A stretch of DNA of 64,000 nucleotides from an uncultured cyanobacterium (lineage in GTDB: Bacteria > Cyanobacteriota > Cyanobacteriia > PCC-6307 > Cyanobiaceae): positions 288,001 to 352,000 of the forward strand of contig CAVXWZ010000011.1 of NCBI GenBank assembly GCA_963765575.1, written 5' to 3'. The position numbers and the translations under genes were made by a program. The notes below the pieces were generated by a model that worked only from the letters and a program-made list of their open reading frames with translations, was not told the origin of the DNA and searched no databases. Shown here piece by piece: positions 38,988-49,358 of this stretch (positions are counted from its first letter, which is position 1; every line of letters starts with the position of its first letter).

Positions 38988-39724
38988 CTGTCAGCGCCTG
39001 GCCCGCAGATGCGCTGGCCCGAGTGACGGGGCGATCTTAGATCACGGCTCTTCCGCTCTTGCGGTGCGGCCGGCGTGCGCCCCACGCAGGCCATGCCGAG
39101 CACGCGCCAGCCCTCGCTCCGCAGTGCCGCAGCGGCGGCGCAGGCGGTGGCTCCGGTGGTGAGGATGTCGTCGAGCAGCAGCACACTCCGCCTGCTGCCC
39201 CCGGCGGGCTTCAGGCAGCGGAACGCTCCTTGCTGGTTCTGCCAGCGCAGCTCGCGTCCGAGCCGGTGCTGCCCGAGCACCGGGCGGCTGCGCGCCAGCA
39301 GGCGGGCCTGGGACCAGCCCAGCTGGCGGCCCAGCACCGCCGCCAGCAATGGCGGCAGGGGATTGCTGCGGCGCTTCCAGCTGGGGATTGCCACCAGCCA
39401 TGGGGCGGGGGCGGGTCCGCGCCCGTGCTGCAGCTGGCGCAGGCCAGCCATCAGTCCGGGCAACAGGGGGGCGAGACGCTGGCTGCGGGGATCCCTGCGC
39501 AGGGCCAGCAGGTGGCTGCGCAGCCCGCCGGCATAGGGGCCCGCCGCCCACCAGGGCAGGGGCTCCAGGCCGTTCAGGCCGGCCGCCGGCAACTGCAGGT
39601 CGAGGTGGAGAGGGGGGCGCAGCAGCCACTCCAGGGGCAGCCACTGCAGCAGGCCGCTCCAGCCCGGAGCCTGGCCAGTGCTTGGGTCGTCAAGGGGGGC
39701 CTGGGAGAGCGGGGCGGCGACCAT
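38978..39724 (-). CDS. comF: ComF family phosphoribosyltransferase-like protein
   Basis: LVAIPSW, GQHRLGRELRWQNQQGAF, LLLDDILTTGAT PRPP motif; start uncertain. Confidence 0.8.
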   Translation of the reverse strand: MVAAPLSQAPLDDPSTGQAPGWSGLLQWLPLEWLLRPPLHLDLQLPAAGLNGLEPLPWWAAGPYAGGLRSHLLALRRDPRSQRLAPLLPGLMAGLRQLQHGRGPAPAPWLVAIPSWKRRSNPLPPLLAAVLGRQLGWSQARLLARSRPVLGQHRLGRELRWQNQQGAFRCLKPAGGSRRSVLLLDDILTTGATACAAAAALRSEGWRVLGMACVGRTPAAPQERKSRDLRSPRHSGQRICGPGADRPG

Positions 39725-39832
39725 GGAGCCGCCGGGGGCAAGCCGACCTGGAGCGCGGCTGGGTTGCATGGCGGCTGGGCGTGCTGCGCTCAGTCTTCCC
39801 ACCTGAGGGATGCAGCTGTTCTCTGCTGGGGC

Positions 39833-40102
39833 TCAGGGTTGGGGCAGGGCCCGCAGCATCGCCACCAGGGTGCGGTGAGCATCCTCGCTGTCACTGAGTT
39901 GGTGGTCGAAGGCCACGCTCAGGGGCGCGCCATCCACCTCCAGCTGCATCGCCTGTGGTTCGACGGCAAGCATGCGCGCCGAGCTGGCGCCAGGGACACC
40001 GCCGTAGTGGCGCGCGTAGGCCAACACCGCCTCGGCATGGTCACCGTTCATGTGCTTGCAGATCCGATCGCTCACGGCGGCGGTGAGGGGGTCGGCGGCC
40101 AT
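39833..40102 (-). CDS. DUF2470 domain protein
   Basis: RICKHMNGDH.EA..YA, FDH.L, AH.TLV.M. Confidence 0.85.
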   Translation of the reverse strand: MAADPLTAAVSDRICKHMNGDHAEAVLAYARHYGGVPGASSARMLAVEPQAMQLEVDGAPLSVAFDHQLSDSEDAHRTLVAMLRALPQP

Positions 40103-40142
40103 GGCGGGGGCACGGGGGGAGCACCATTCTGGTGCAGGGGGA

Positions 40143-40262
40143 TCAGGCTCCGGCGTAGCGCTGCCAGAGCAGCAGCCCCAGCCGGATGGCGCTGAAGCTC
40201 ACGTAGCCCGCCAGCACCACGAACAGGGCCATCGAGATCCAAACGCGCAGCTGGTTGGTCAT
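40143..40262 (-). CDS. small membrane protein (39 aa)
   Basis: MTNQLRVWISMALFVVLAGYVSFSAIRLGLLLWQRYAGA; ATG overlaps the FGGY kinase TGA. Confidence 0.65.
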   Translation of the reverse strand: MTNQLRVWISMALFVVLAGYVSFSAIRLGLLLWQRYAGA

Positions 40263-41542
40263 GGCGGAAGCAGGGCGGTTGCGGCCAGTCTGGCCATGCC
40301 CTGGGCCGCATTCAGCCGGGGCCTGTTCAGCACCGGCCGCCCCAGCTGCCGTTCCCGGATGGCCCGCCACTGGGGATTGCGGGCTCCCCCGCCCAAGGTG
40401 ATCACCCGCCGCACCGGCGCTGCCCCCAGTTGCTGCAGCCTGGCCCAACCCGCCCGCTCAATCTCGGCCAGCCCCTCCAGCAAGCCCTGCAGATAGAGCG
40501 CATCACTCACCGGCCTGGGTTCCAGCACCGGCTCCAGATCGGGATCGTCCACCGGAAAGCGTTCGCCCCGGCTGGGCAGGGGCCTCAAGGTCAGTCCGCT
40601 GACCGTGGCCGGATCGATCTGGCGGCTCAGCTGCGCCAGTTGTGGATCGCTGAACAAGCGGCGCAGCACAGCTCCGCCGGCATTGGAGGCCCCGCCCACC
40701 AGCCAGCGCCCCGCCACCCGATGGCAGCTCACCCCCGGGCCCTGGATCGGCCGGGGACTCCACTGCTTCAGCACCAGCGTTGTGCCCAGCACACACACCC
40801 CATCGAGGTCCCCTGGTTCGGCCGCCAGCACGGCCGCGTTGGCATCGGTACTGCCCGCTACCAGCCGGCAGCTGGGGGGGAGATCGAGGGCGCTGGCCGC
40901 ACCGGCGCTGAGGCCGCCGAGCACCTCGCCGCTGGCGCGGATGGCCGGCAGGCCAGAGCTCCAGGGCTGGGCGGCGATCCGCCCGCCCCAGCTCTGGCGT
41001 TCCAGGTCCCAGCCCAGGCGCAGGTTGTTGCCTTCCTCGCCCCAGCGCCAGTCGCCCAGTAGCCAGCCCAGCAGCCAGTCGGCCTGGTGGCGCAGCAGCC
41101 ACGGCTCTTGCGCCTGCCCCTGCGCCGCTGCGTCCAGCAACCGCAATGCCCGGGCGAGGCTGCCGCTGGCGCTGCGGGCCGGACCGTCAGCTGCCAGCGC
41201 CGCCAGCGCCGGCTGCTGTTCGGGGCAGCTGAGGTGGTACGGCAGGGCCTCGGCGAGGTTGACGCCCCGGTGGATCCCTTCAGGAAGGCTGCCGTCGCTG
41301 CGGCAGAGCAGCAGCGTGCCGGAGGTGCCCGCCAGGGCCAGGGCCCCCACCTGACCACGGAGCTCAGGCGGGAGGCGCTTGCAGAGGGCGATCAGGCCAT
41401 CCCGCCACCCCAGAGGCTGGACAAAGGGTGCGGGATAGGAGCTGGCCGCTTCCGCCACCACGCTGCCCTCGCTGTCGACGAGGGCCAGGCGCAGGCCGCT
41501 GCTGCCCAGATCCACACCCAGCGCCAGGTTGCCCGGCGCCAC
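40259..41542 (-). CDS. FGGY-family carbohydrate kinase
   Basis: GVDLGSSG, GTSGT, HQADW, GSTD, GGASNAGG, GERFP, GGGARN. Confidence 0.9.
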   Translation of the reverse strand: MAPGNLALGVDLGSSGLRLALVDSEGSVVAEAASSYPAPFVQPLGWRDGLIALCKRLPPELRGQVGALALAGTSGTLLLCRSDGSLPEGIHRGVNLAEALPYHLSCPEQQPALAALAADGPARSASGSLARALRLLDAAAQGQAQEPWLLRHQADWLLGWLLGDWRWGEEGNNLRLGWDLERQSWGGRIAAQPWSSGLPAIRASGEVLGGLSAGAASALDLPPSCRLVAGSTDANAAVLAAEPGDLDGVCVLGTTLVLKQWSPRPIQGPGVSCHRVAGRWLVGGASNAGGAVLRRLFSDPQLAQLSRQIDPATVSGLTLRPLPSRGERFPVDDPDLEPVLEPRPVSDALYLQGLLEGLAEIERAGWARLQQLGAAPVRRVITLGGGARNPQWRAIRERQLGRPVLNRPRLNAAQGMARLAATALLPP

Positions 41543-41547
41543 CGGGG

Positions 41548-42795
41548 TCAGGCGGCGATCTGGCTGGCTGTGGCCTGCTGCAGGGTGGCGGCCATGGCCT
41601 CCACGTCCTCCCAGGGGAGGTTGAGGTCGCTGCGGCCGAAGTGGCCGTAGGCGGCCACGTCCTGATAGAAGCGGCCTCCGCGCTGGCTGGGCAGCTCGCG
41701 CAGGCCGAAACGCTCGATGATGGCTCCGGGCCGCAGGTCGAAATGCTCCTGCACCAGGGCGGTGAGATCGGCATCACTGATCCGGCCACTGCCGAAGCTC
41801 TGCACCAGGATGCTCACCGGCCTGGCCACGCCGATCGCATAGCTCAGCTGAACTTCCGCGCAGCGCACCAGGCCGGCGGCGACCAGCGCCTTGGCCACAT
41901 AGCGGGCGGCGTAGGCCGCTGAGCGGTCCACCTTGGTGGGGTCCTTGCCGGAGAAGGCGCCACCGCCATGGCGGGCGTAGCCGCCATAGGTGTCCACGAT
42001 GATCTTGCGCCCCGTGAGGCCGGCATCCCCCTGGGGGCCTCCGACCACGAACTTGCCGGTGGGATTGACCAGAAAGCGGGTGCCCTCACGGCTGGGTCGC
42101 AGGCTCAGATCGGCGGTGACGGGCTCCACCACCTGGCTCCAGAGATCGGCGCTGATGCGCTCCCGGATCGCCTTCTCCTCGCTCACCCCATCGATGCTGG
42201 GGGTGTGCTGGGTGGAGATCAGGATCGTGTCGATCGCCACCGGCCGATCGTCCTCGTAGACCACGCTCACCTGGGTCTTGCCATCGGGCAGCAGGTAGCC
42301 GAGGGTGCCGTCGTGGCGCACCCGGGACAGCTGGCGAGCCAAACGATGGGCCAGGCTGATCGGCAAGGGCATCAGCTCGGGGGTTTCATCGCAGGCATAG
42401 CCGAACATGATTCCCTGGTCGCCCGCCCCCACCAGATCCAGGGGGTCGCCGGCGTGGTCGTCCGCCTCATTGACCCCCTGGGCGATGTCCGGGGATTGCT
42501 GGTCAAGGGCCACAAGCACGGCGCAGCTGTGGGCATCGAAGCCGCCGGCGCGTGCACTGGTGTAGCCGATCTCCGCGATCACCTTCCGCACCAGGGTGTT
42601 GAAGTCGACGCGGGCCGTGGTGGTGACCTCGCCTGTGAGCAGGCACAGGCCAGTGTTCACCACCGTTTCGCAGGCCACCCGGCTGGAGGGATCCTGGCTC
42701 AGCAGGGCATCCAGCACCGCATCACTCACCTGATCGCAGATCTTGTCCGGATGCCCCTCGGTCACCGACTCGGACGTGAAGACGTAGCGGCTCAT
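41548..42795 (-). CDS. metK: S-adenosylmethionine synthetase
   Basis: [28 protein letters not shown]. Confidence 0.98.
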   Translation of the reverse strand: MSRYVFTSESVTEGHPDKICDQVSDAVLDALLSQDPSSRVACETVVNTGLCLLTGEVTTTARVDFNTLVRKVIAEIGYTSARAGGFDAHSCAVLVALDQQSPDIAQGVNEADDHAGDPLDLVGAGDQGIMFGYACDETPELMPLPISLAHRLARQLSRVRHDGTLGYLLPDGKTQVSVVYEDDRPVAIDTILISTQHTPSIDGVSEEKAIRERISADLWSQVVEPVTADLSLRPSREGTRFLVNPTGKFVVGGPQGDAGLTGRKIIVDTYGGYARHGGGAFSGKDPTKVDRSAAYAARYVAKALVAAGLVRCAEVQLSYAIGVARPVSILVQSFGSGRISDADLTALVQEHFDLRPGAIIERFGLRELPSQRGGRFYQDVAAYGHFGRSDLNLPWEDVEAMAATLQQATASQIAA

Positions 42796-42822
42796 CGGCC
42801 CCGGTTCAACAGCGGCCCCAGC

Positions 42823-43632
42823 TTATGGGCGTTGCACCCTCAGTTCTTGCCAGTGGGCCAGCTGCGTGTAGCGGGGATCCAGGGGCGGGGGCTGCCGCCA
42901 GCCGGCGCTGTAGCCCAGCACCACCGCCACGCCGGCCCTCTCGGCCATGCGCAGGTCGCTGTTGGCATCGCCGATCAGGGCGCAACGGCTCGGCTCCACC
43001 CCCAGTTCACGGCAGAGGGCCCCAACGGCGGCGGGATCGGGTTTGCGGGGCCGATGGTCGGCGCTGCGCAGGGCCTGAAAGCAGTTGCCCAGGTTCTCGC
43101 CCGTCAGAAACGATTCGATGCCCCGCTGCTCGTCGTTGCTGATCACGGCACAGGCCACCCCCCCGGCGTTGAGTTGGTGGAGGAGCGAGTGCAGCCCTTC
43201 GGTGGCCCTGGGGGGAGCGCCATTGGCATCGGCACCGGCGCCATCGCAGTGATCGAAAGCGGCCTCGGCCAGATCGAGGGCCTCCGGCCACCCCAGGCCC
43301 ACCTGGGCCAGGGCGGTGGCGGTGGCCACGAGGTTGTGCTCGCGGCTCGCCACGGCCGTGGTGCTGGCCGGGTGAATCCCGTCGCTCAACAGGCCATAGG
43401 TGGCGGCCAGCCGGGGAGGAAACGCGCTGAGCACGGCCGCGTCCAGCTCCGGATGGCGTTCCCGTAGCAGGTGCTGGCAGTGGTCGACCCTGGCCCGGGC
43501 GAGGGTCAGCAGTCTGGGCTCGCTGTGGCAGAGGGTGCCGTCCTTGTCGAACAGCACGGCCTCGATCGGACAGGGGCCGCCCGGGGCTGCGCCCCGCCGC
43601 AGGGCCACTCCACGCAGCAGCAGGTGGACCAA
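42823..43632 (-). CDS. HAD-superfamily hydrolase
   Basis: FDKDGTL, ISND, KPDP, IGDANSD. Confidence 0.9.
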   Translation of the reverse strand: MVHLLLRGVALRRGAAPGGPCPIEAVLFDKDGTLCHSEPRLLTLARARVDHCQHLLRERHPELDAAVLSAFPPRLAATYGLLSDGIHPASTTAVASREHNLVATATALAQVGLGWPEALDLAEAAFDHCDGAGADANGAPPRATEGLHSLLHQLNAGGVACAVISNDEQRGIESFLTGENLGNCFQALRSADHRPRKPDPAAVGALCRELGVEPSRCALIGDANSDLRMAERAGVAVVLGYSAGWRQPPPLDPRYTQLAHWQELRVQRP

Positions 43633-43639
43633 GGGGAGA

Positions 43640-44695
43640 TCAGTCCAGGGTGACGCCCATGGGCTCCTGGTCCTCGGCCTGCTCCATCAGCATCTGCTTG
43701 TAGCGGGCGGCCATCTCCTCGGCCTTGTCGAACACCTTCTGAGGATCGGTGAGCATGTCGCCAGGCTCCGGCTCCAGGGCCTTGGTCGAGAGCGAGATCC
43801 GGCCCCGTTCGGCGTCGAGGTCGATGATCATCACCTTCATCTGATCGTTGACATTGAGCACCGAATGGGGCGTTTCGATGTGCTCGTGGCTGATTTCAGA
43901 GATGTGCAGCAGGCCGCTCACCCCACCGATGTCGATGAAGGCGCCGTAGGGCTTGATGCCGCGCACCGTGCCCAGCACCACTTCACCCACCTCAAGGCGA
44001 TTCATCTTGCGCTCCACCAGGGCGCGCCTGTGGCTGAGCACCAGGCGGTTGCGCTCTTCGTCAACCTCGAGGAACTTCAGGGGCAGGAAGTCGGCCACCA
44101 GCTCTTCCTTGGGTTTGCGGGTGCTGATGTGGCTGCCGGGGATGAAGCCCCGCAGCCCCTCCACGCGCACCAGGGCCCCACCGCGGTTGGTGGCGAACAC
44201 CTCGCTGTAGATGGTGGCGTCCTCCTTCTGGAGCTGGCGCACCCGCTCCCAGGCCCGCTGGTACTCGATGCGGCGGATGGAGAGCGAGAGCTGGCCGTCC
44301 TCGTTCTCCTCACTCATGATGAAGAACTCCCGGATCTCCCCGGGCTGGAGCACGTCCGCCAGGCCCTCCACCCGGTTGATCGACACCTCCTGAAGGGGCA
44401 TGAAGGCGGCCGTCTTGGCGCCGATGTCGATCATCGCGCCCTTGGATTCCAGGGCGAACACGGTGCCGTTGACGACGTCACCGGGCTTGAAGTTGTAGTC
44501 GTACTTGCTCAGCAGTGCCGCGAACTCATCGAGCGAGAAGCCCACCCCGTCGAGATCCAGGCTGGCGGGTCGGCTGTCGGAGTCGTCAGCGGCGGGAACC
44601 TCTTCCGCAATGGCGTCGTCGAGGTCGGTTGCCGCTGCAGCGGCAAGATCGAGTTCGGCCTCGGTGCTGCTGATGTCGGAAGGGGTCACGGTCAT
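43640..44695 (-). CDS. rps1: 30S ribosomal protein S1
   Basis: Three S1 domains: IDIGAKTAAFMP, NRGGALV, KPYGAFIDIGGVSGLLHISEIS. Confidence 0.95.
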   Translation of the reverse strand: MTVTPSDISSTEAELDLAAAAATDLDDAIAEEVPAADDSDSRPASLDLDGVGFSLDEFAALLSKYDYNFKPGDVVNGTVFALESKGAMIDIGAKTAAFMPLQEVSINRVEGLADVLQPGEIREFFIMSEENEDGQLSLSIRRIEYQRAWERVRQLQKEDATIYSEVFATNRGGALVRVEGLRGFIPGSHISTRKPKEELVADFLPLKFLEVDEERNRLVLSHRRALVERKMNRLEVGEVVLGTVRGIKPYGAFIDIGGVSGLLHISEISHEHIETPHSVLNVNDQMKVMIIDLDAERGRISLSTKALEPEPGDMLTDPQKVFDKAEEMAARYKQMLMEQAEDQEPMGVTLD

Positions 44696-44823
44696 GGGGA
44701 TGGGCGGACTGCCGGAGGCAGGGCGATGGAGTCGGATGGGCTGCCCGCCTGCAGCCACGCCCGGACTCCCAAATCTATCAAGCCACCTGGGTTGGATCCC
44801 CATCGCCAGGACGGGTGACTGGC

Positions 44824-45318
44824 TCAGCCCAGAGCGGCCAGGGGCGCCTCGCTGCGCTTGCGGCCGCTGCGCCTGTTCAGGCCTTCGAGGGTGGCCACAA
44901 AATCGCTCACCCCCTGGAACTGCCGATACACCGAGGCGAAGCGCACGTAGGCCACCTCGCTCATGGCGCTGAGTTGCTCAAGCACCATCTCACCGATTTC
45001 GGCGCTGCTCACCTCGCGCCCGGGACGCTGCTGCAACTGCAGTTCCAGCTCATCGACCACCGATTCCAGCCGTGACGGCTCCAGGCCGGTTTTCTCGCAG
45101 GCACGCAGCAGGCCATGCAGCAGCTTGGCTCGGTTGAAGGTTTCCCTGGCCCCATTGCGCTTGACCACGGTGACGGGCACCGTTTCCACCCGCTCGTAGG
45201 TGGTGAAGCGAAAGGTGCAGTTGAGACATTCCCGTCGCCGTCGCACACTGCGGCCGCAGTCAGCAGATCGCGACTCCAGAACCCGGCTGTCGGTGTGTTG
45301 GCAGGAAGGGCATTGCAT
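44824..45318 (-). CDS. nrdR: transcriptional repressor NrdR
   Basis: [23 protein letters not shown] cone, [10 protein letters not shown]. Confidence 0.97.
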   Translation of the reverse strand: MQCPSCQHTDSRVLESRSADCGRSVRRRRECLNCTFRFTTYERVETVPVTVVKRNGARETFNRAKLLHGLLRACEKTGLEPSRLESVVDELELQLQQRPGREVSSAEIGEMVLEQLSAMSEVAYVRFASVYRQFQGVSDFVATLEGLNRRSGRKRSEAPLAALG

Positions 45319-45409
45319 GCCCGTACGTCCGGGTGTCGTTACCGGAGTTTAAGCAGGTGTTGTTGCCCTGAAAAGGGCTAGGGAGCTTGATTGAACGGTT
45401 TTGACCATG

Positions 45410-45434
45410 AAAAAACCCCCGGATGATCCGGGGG
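45410..45434 (-). terminator. intrinsic terminator of psbB-psbT
   Basis: CCCCCGGA/TCCGGGGG stem with T6 tail on the minus strand. Confidence 0.85.
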
Positions 45435-45461
45435 CGGAGGGCCCGAAGGCTGGTCTGAACC

Positions 45462-45557
45462 TCACTTGCCGATTTTCGGCGGATCGCGGAAGGCGATCGC
45501 GAAGAAAAGAGTGGCGAGGGCCAGGGTGAGGATGAGGATGTAGGCGAAGCTCTCCAT
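45462..45557 (-). CDS. psbT: photosystem II protein T
   Basis: Manual translation [31 protein letters not shown]; not called separately in the ORF track. Confidence 0.95.
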   Translation of the reverse strand: MESFAYILILTLALATLFFAIAFRDPPKIGK

Positions 45558-45572
45558 GGGGTGACCTCCAGG

Positions 45573-47132
45573 TCAGCTGAGGGGGGTGCCAGCGGGGGGC
45601 ACGAAGCCCTCCGGGATGCGACGGGTGGATTGATCGCCCAGTTTCTGGAACAGGCCGAATTCCACCTGCTCGCCCAGATCGGGATCGATGCCGGCGAACA
45701 CGTCGCGGTAAAGGGTGCGGGCGCCATGCCAGATGTGCCCGAAGAAGAACAACAGGGCAAAGGTGGCGTGACCGAAGGTGAACCAGCCGCGCGGGGAGCT
45801 GCGGAAGGTGCCGTCGGAGTTGTAGGTGTCGCGATCGAAGTCGAAGGCTTCACCCAGCTGGGCCTTGCGGGCCAGCCTCTTCAGATCGGCTGAATCGGTG
45901 AAGACCTGGCCGTTGAGGGCTCCGCCGTAGACGGTGGCCGTGACGCCGGTCTGCTCGAAGGAGTATTTGGCTTCAGCCCGCCGGAAGGGGATGTCGGCGC
46001 GGATGATGCCGTCCTGATCTTCGAGAACCACGGGGAAGTTCTCGAAGAAGTTGGGCAGGCGACGCACCTCCAGTTCGCGTCCATCCTTGTCGGTGAAGGA
46101 GATGTGCCCAAGCCAGCCGGTGGGAAGGCCGTCGCCGTTCACCATCGGTCCGACCCGGAACAGGCCCCCCTTGGCTGGGCTGTTGCCCACGTAGTCGAAG
46201 AAGGCGAGCTTCTCAGGGATCGAGGCGTAGGCCTCCTCCTTGGTGGCGCCGTTGTCGAGCGCCGTCTGAACCCGGCGGTTGATTTCAGTCTTGAAGTAGC
46301 TCTGGTCCCACTGGTAGCGGGTGGGGCCAAACAGCTCAACCGGGGTAGCCGCTGCGCCATACCACATGGTGCCGGCCACCACGAAGGCGGCGAAGAACAC
46401 AGCGGCGATGGCCGAAGCCAACACCGTTTCGATGTTGCCCATGCGCAGGGCCTTGTAGAGCCTTTCCGGTGGGCGGGTGGTGATGTGGAAGATGCCGGCG
46501 ATGATGCCCACGATGCCGGCAGCGATGTGGTGGGCCACGATGCCGCCGGGATTGAAGGGGTTGAATCCCTCAGGTCCCCAGGAGGGCTGCACCGGCTCGA
46601 TGTGGCCCCCGAGGCCGTAGGCATCGGTGACCCACATGCCGGGCCCGAAGACACCGGTGAGGTGGAAGGCGCCGAAGCCGAAGCAGGCCAGGCCTGCCAG
46701 CAGCAGGTGAATGCCGAAGATCTTGGGGAGATCAAGGGCGGGCTCGCCGGTGCGGGGGTCCTGCCAGATCTCCAGATCCCAGAAGGTCCAATGCCAGATG
46801 GCCGCCAGGAACAGCAGGCCGCTGAAAACGATGTGGGCTGCAGCCACACCTTCGAAGCTCCAGAAGCCTGGGTCCACGCCGGTTTCACCGGTGATGCTCC
46901 AGCCGCCCCAGCTGCCGGTCACGCCCAGCCTGGCCATGAAGGGCATCACAAACATCCCCTGGCGCCACATGGGGTTGAGCACCGGGTCGGACGGATCGAA
47001 GATCGCGAGCTCGTAAAGAGCCATGGAGCCGGCCCAGCCGGCGACCAGGGCGGTGTGCATGAGGTGCACGGCCAGAAGGCGGCCTGGGTCGTTGATGACC
47101 ACGGTGTGCACCCGATACCAGGGCAATCCCAT
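45573..47132 (-). CDS. psbB: photosystem II CP47
   Basis: [27 protein letters not shown]. Confidence 0.99.
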   Translation of the reverse strand: MGLPWYRVHTVVINDPGRLLAVHLMHTALVAGWAGSMALYELAIFDPSDPVLNPMWRQGMFVMPFMARLGVTGSWGGWSITGETGVDPGFWSFEGVAAAHIVFSGLLFLAAIWHWTFWDLEIWQDPRTGEPALDLPKIFGIHLLLAGLACFGFGAFHLTGVFGPGMWVTDAYGLGGHIEPVQPSWGPEGFNPFNPGGIVAHHIAAGIVGIIAGIFHITTRPPERLYKALRMGNIETVLASAIAAVFFAAFVVAGTMWYGAAATPVELFGPTRYQWDQSYFKTEINRRVQTALDNGATKEEAYASIPEKLAFFDYVGNSPAKGGLFRVGPMVNGDGLPTGWLGHISFTDKDGRELEVRRLPNFFENFPVVLEDQDGIIRADIPFRRAEAKYSFEQTGVTATVYGGALNGQVFTDSADLKRLARKAQLGEAFDFDRDTYNSDGTFRSSPRGWFTFGHATFALLFFFGHIWHGARTLYRDVFAGIDPDLGEQVEFGLFQKLGDQSTRRIPEGFVPPAGTPLS

Positions 47133-47248
47133 GGGGAGCTTCGTTCTGGAAGGGTCTGGCGATCGTAAGGTCGGCTTGGCCCCGACGGCGGCGCAGGTTA
47201 CGGAGCGCAACGCCCCCCTTCACAATGGGCCCAGGTGCACCGTGAGCC

Positions 47249-47758
47249 ATGCCCGTGATCCGTTTTCTGCGCGAGAACCGCGATGTGGAGTGCTACCCCG
47301 GAGAGAATCTCCGCGACGTGGCCCTGCGCGAGGACATCGGCCTGTACGGGATCAAGGGAATCCTGGGCAACTGCGGTGGCTGCGGCCAATGCATCACCTG
47401 CTTTGTGGAGGTTCCCGAGGACGCTTCTGCGCAGGCCCTCAGTGGACGCACCCCTGTGGAGGAGCAGAAGCTGCGGAACCGTCCTGAGAGCTGGCGTCTG
47501 GCCTGTCAGGCCCTGGTGCAGGAGTCGTTGGTGGTGATCACCCGGCCCCAGCTGGGGCTGGCCAACAGGGAAGCCCAGCTCGCCACCTCCAGCGCATCGC
47601 CCCTGCCGGCGGGCCCCACCAGTTGGCCCGTACCCCCGGCGGCGGAGACGGGGCCCGGGGAGCCGGGTGAGATGGACGAGCAGGGCGGCGGGACACCAGG
47701 CCCCGGTGGCCCGGACACGGCTGACGCGGATCCGGCTACGGGCGGTGACGGCGGCTGA
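47249..47758 (+). CDS. 2Fe-2S ferredoxin-like protein with Pro/acidic tail
   Basis: NCGGCGQCITC and RLACQ. Confidence 0.85.
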   Translation: MPVIRFLRENRDVECYPGENLRDVALREDIGLYGIKGILGNCGGCGQCITCFVEVPEDASAQALSGRTPVEEQKLRNRPESWRLACQALVQESLVVITRPQLGLANREAQLATSSASPLPAGPTSWPVPPAAETGPGEPGEMDEQGGGTPGPGGPDTADADPATGGDGG

Positions 47759-47816
47759 GGCGTGACGGTTTGCCGGTGATACCCTCCGACCACGACCTCA
47801 CCTGACCCCCTGCCCC

Positions 47817-47924
47817 ATGGAAACCAACGATCTCGGCTTTGTCGCCAGCCTGATGTTCGTCCTGGTTCCGACGGTGTTTCTGCTGGTGCTCTACATCCAG
47901 ACCAGCAGCCGCCAGGGCGGCTGA
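47817..47924 (+). CDS. psbM: photosystem II protein M
   Basis: Manual translation [35 protein letters not shown]. Confidence 0.95.
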   Translation: METNDLGFVASLMFVLVPTVFLLVLYIQTSSRQGG

Positions 47925-47952
47925 GCTTGGGGGCGGCTTGACGCCGCCCTGG

Positions 47953-48804
47953 TCAACTCCGCCCTTCCGGTTCGCGCACCAGCAGCACCGGCGCTGGAGC
48001 ATGCACGCGGATGTAATCGCTCACGGAGCTGCCCAGGAGTCGATCCAGATCCACCAGCGCCTTGGCCACCACAGGCCGCCGGTCCTGGGAGGCGATCACC
48101 AGCAGGTCGGCGTTGTCGTCCTGGGCGGCTGCACACACGCTGCGGCCCACGTCGGATCCGGTGCGGTGCATGGGCCTGAGGCTCACGCCATAGCTCCGGG
48201 CCTGCTGCACGGCCCGGTTCAGCACCGCGTCGGCCGGTGAACTGCCGCCGCGGGATGGGGTGATGTCCTGGCGGGTCACGTGCACTCCGGTGAGGGTCCC
48301 GCCGGGAATCTCCCGCACCAGTTCGGCCGCCAGCCTGAGGGCGTCGTCGCCCACCCCGGTGCCATCCACCGTCACCATCACCCGGTTGATGTGGCGCACG
48401 TAGAGGTCGTCACGCACCAGCAGCATCGGCCGGGTCGAGAGCTGGAACACGTACTGGCTGGCGCTGTTGCCGAGGATCGATTGCAGCCGGTTGAGGCCGC
48501 GGGACCCCATCACGATCAGATCGCTGCCGAGTTCATCAGCCACCTGCAGCACCGTTTGCTTGGTGTCGCCCTGGCGAATGATCGTGTTGACGTCGCTGGG
48601 ATTGAGCTGCAGGCGGGTCACGGCCTCGGCCACCAGCCCTGCCGCCTGCTGCCAGTGCTGCTGAAAATCTTCACCCGCCTGCTCCGGCACCACATGCAGG
48701 AGGTTGAGGCGGGCCTGCCGCACCACGGGAATGGCACGCAGCATGCGCACCATCTCCTCCACATGGCCTTTGCCGGAGTCGGCGATCAGAACGTTGCGGA
48801 ACAC
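47953..48804 (-). CDS. universal stress protein (tandem USP domains)
   Basis: DLIVMGSRG, LGNSASQYV, LGSSVSDY..VHAPAPVLLV. Confidence 0.9.
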   Translation of the reverse strand: MFRNVLIADSGKGHVEEMVRMLRAIPVVRQARLNLLHVVPEQAGEDFQQHWQQAAGLVAEAVTRLQLNPSDVNTIIRQGDTKQTVLQVADELGSDLIVMGSRGLNRLQSILGNSASQYVFQLSTRPMLLVRDDLYVRHINRVMVTVDGTGVGDDALRLAAELVREIPGGTLTGVHVTRQDITPSRGGSSPADAVLNRAVQQARSYGVSLRPMHRTGSDVGRSVCAAAQDDNADLLVIASQDRRPVVAKALVDLDRLLGSSVSDYIRVHAPAPVLLVREPEGRS

Positions 48805-48865
48805 AGGGACACGTCCGGACTCTGGGGCAGCCTATGGCGATTCCCCGAAGCCCCTGATCCCCGCC

Positions 48866-49333
48866 ATGCAGACCGTGACGGAGTGTGGCGAATGGCTGCT
48901 GCGCAGGCGCGTGTTGCCCCAGCACACCGATCACGCCGGCGTGATGTGGCACGGGGCCTATCTGGGCTGGTTGGAGGAGGCACGGGTGGAGGCTTTGGCT
49001 GCCGTGGGCCTGGCCTACAGCGATCTTTCTGACCAGGGGCTGGAATTGCCGGTGGTGGGCCTCACCATTGATTACCGCCAGGCCCTCCAGCATGGCGATG
49101 CGGTGGAACTGCGCAGCACGGTGCTGGCCCGGCGGGGGGTGAAGCTGCCCTGGAGCAGCCGCTTTTTCGGCCCCTCAGGACAACTGGCCGCCAGTGCCCG
49201 GGTCGACTTGGTGCTGGTGGACCGCCAGCGCCCTGTCGGCGCCGATGCGGGGCGGGCTGGAGGGCGTGTGGTGCGCCGCTGGCCCGAGGAGCTGGCGCGG
49301 GCCATGGAGGCCCTGGGCCGCGGCCCAGGCTAG
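48866..49333 (+). CDS. acyl-CoA thioesterase (4HBT/YbgC-like)
   Basis: RVLPQHTDHAGVMWHGAYLGWLEEARVE. Confidence 0.88.
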   Translation: MQTVTECGEWLLRRRVLPQHTDHAGVMWHGAYLGWLEEARVEALAAVGLAYSDLSDQGLELPVVGLTIDYRQALQHGDAVELRSTVLARRGVKLPWSSRFFGPSGQLAASARVDLVLVDRQRPVGADAGRAGGRVVRRWPEELARAMEALGRGPG

Positions 49334-49337
49334 GATT

Positions 49338-49351
49338 GGTACAAATGTACT
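49338..49351. promoter_or_regulatory. cyanobacterial LexA (SOS) box
   Basis: GGTACAAATGTACT matches RGTACNNNDGTWCB; 7 nt before the dprA ATG. Confidence 0.75.
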
Positions 49352-49358
49352 GTTGCTC

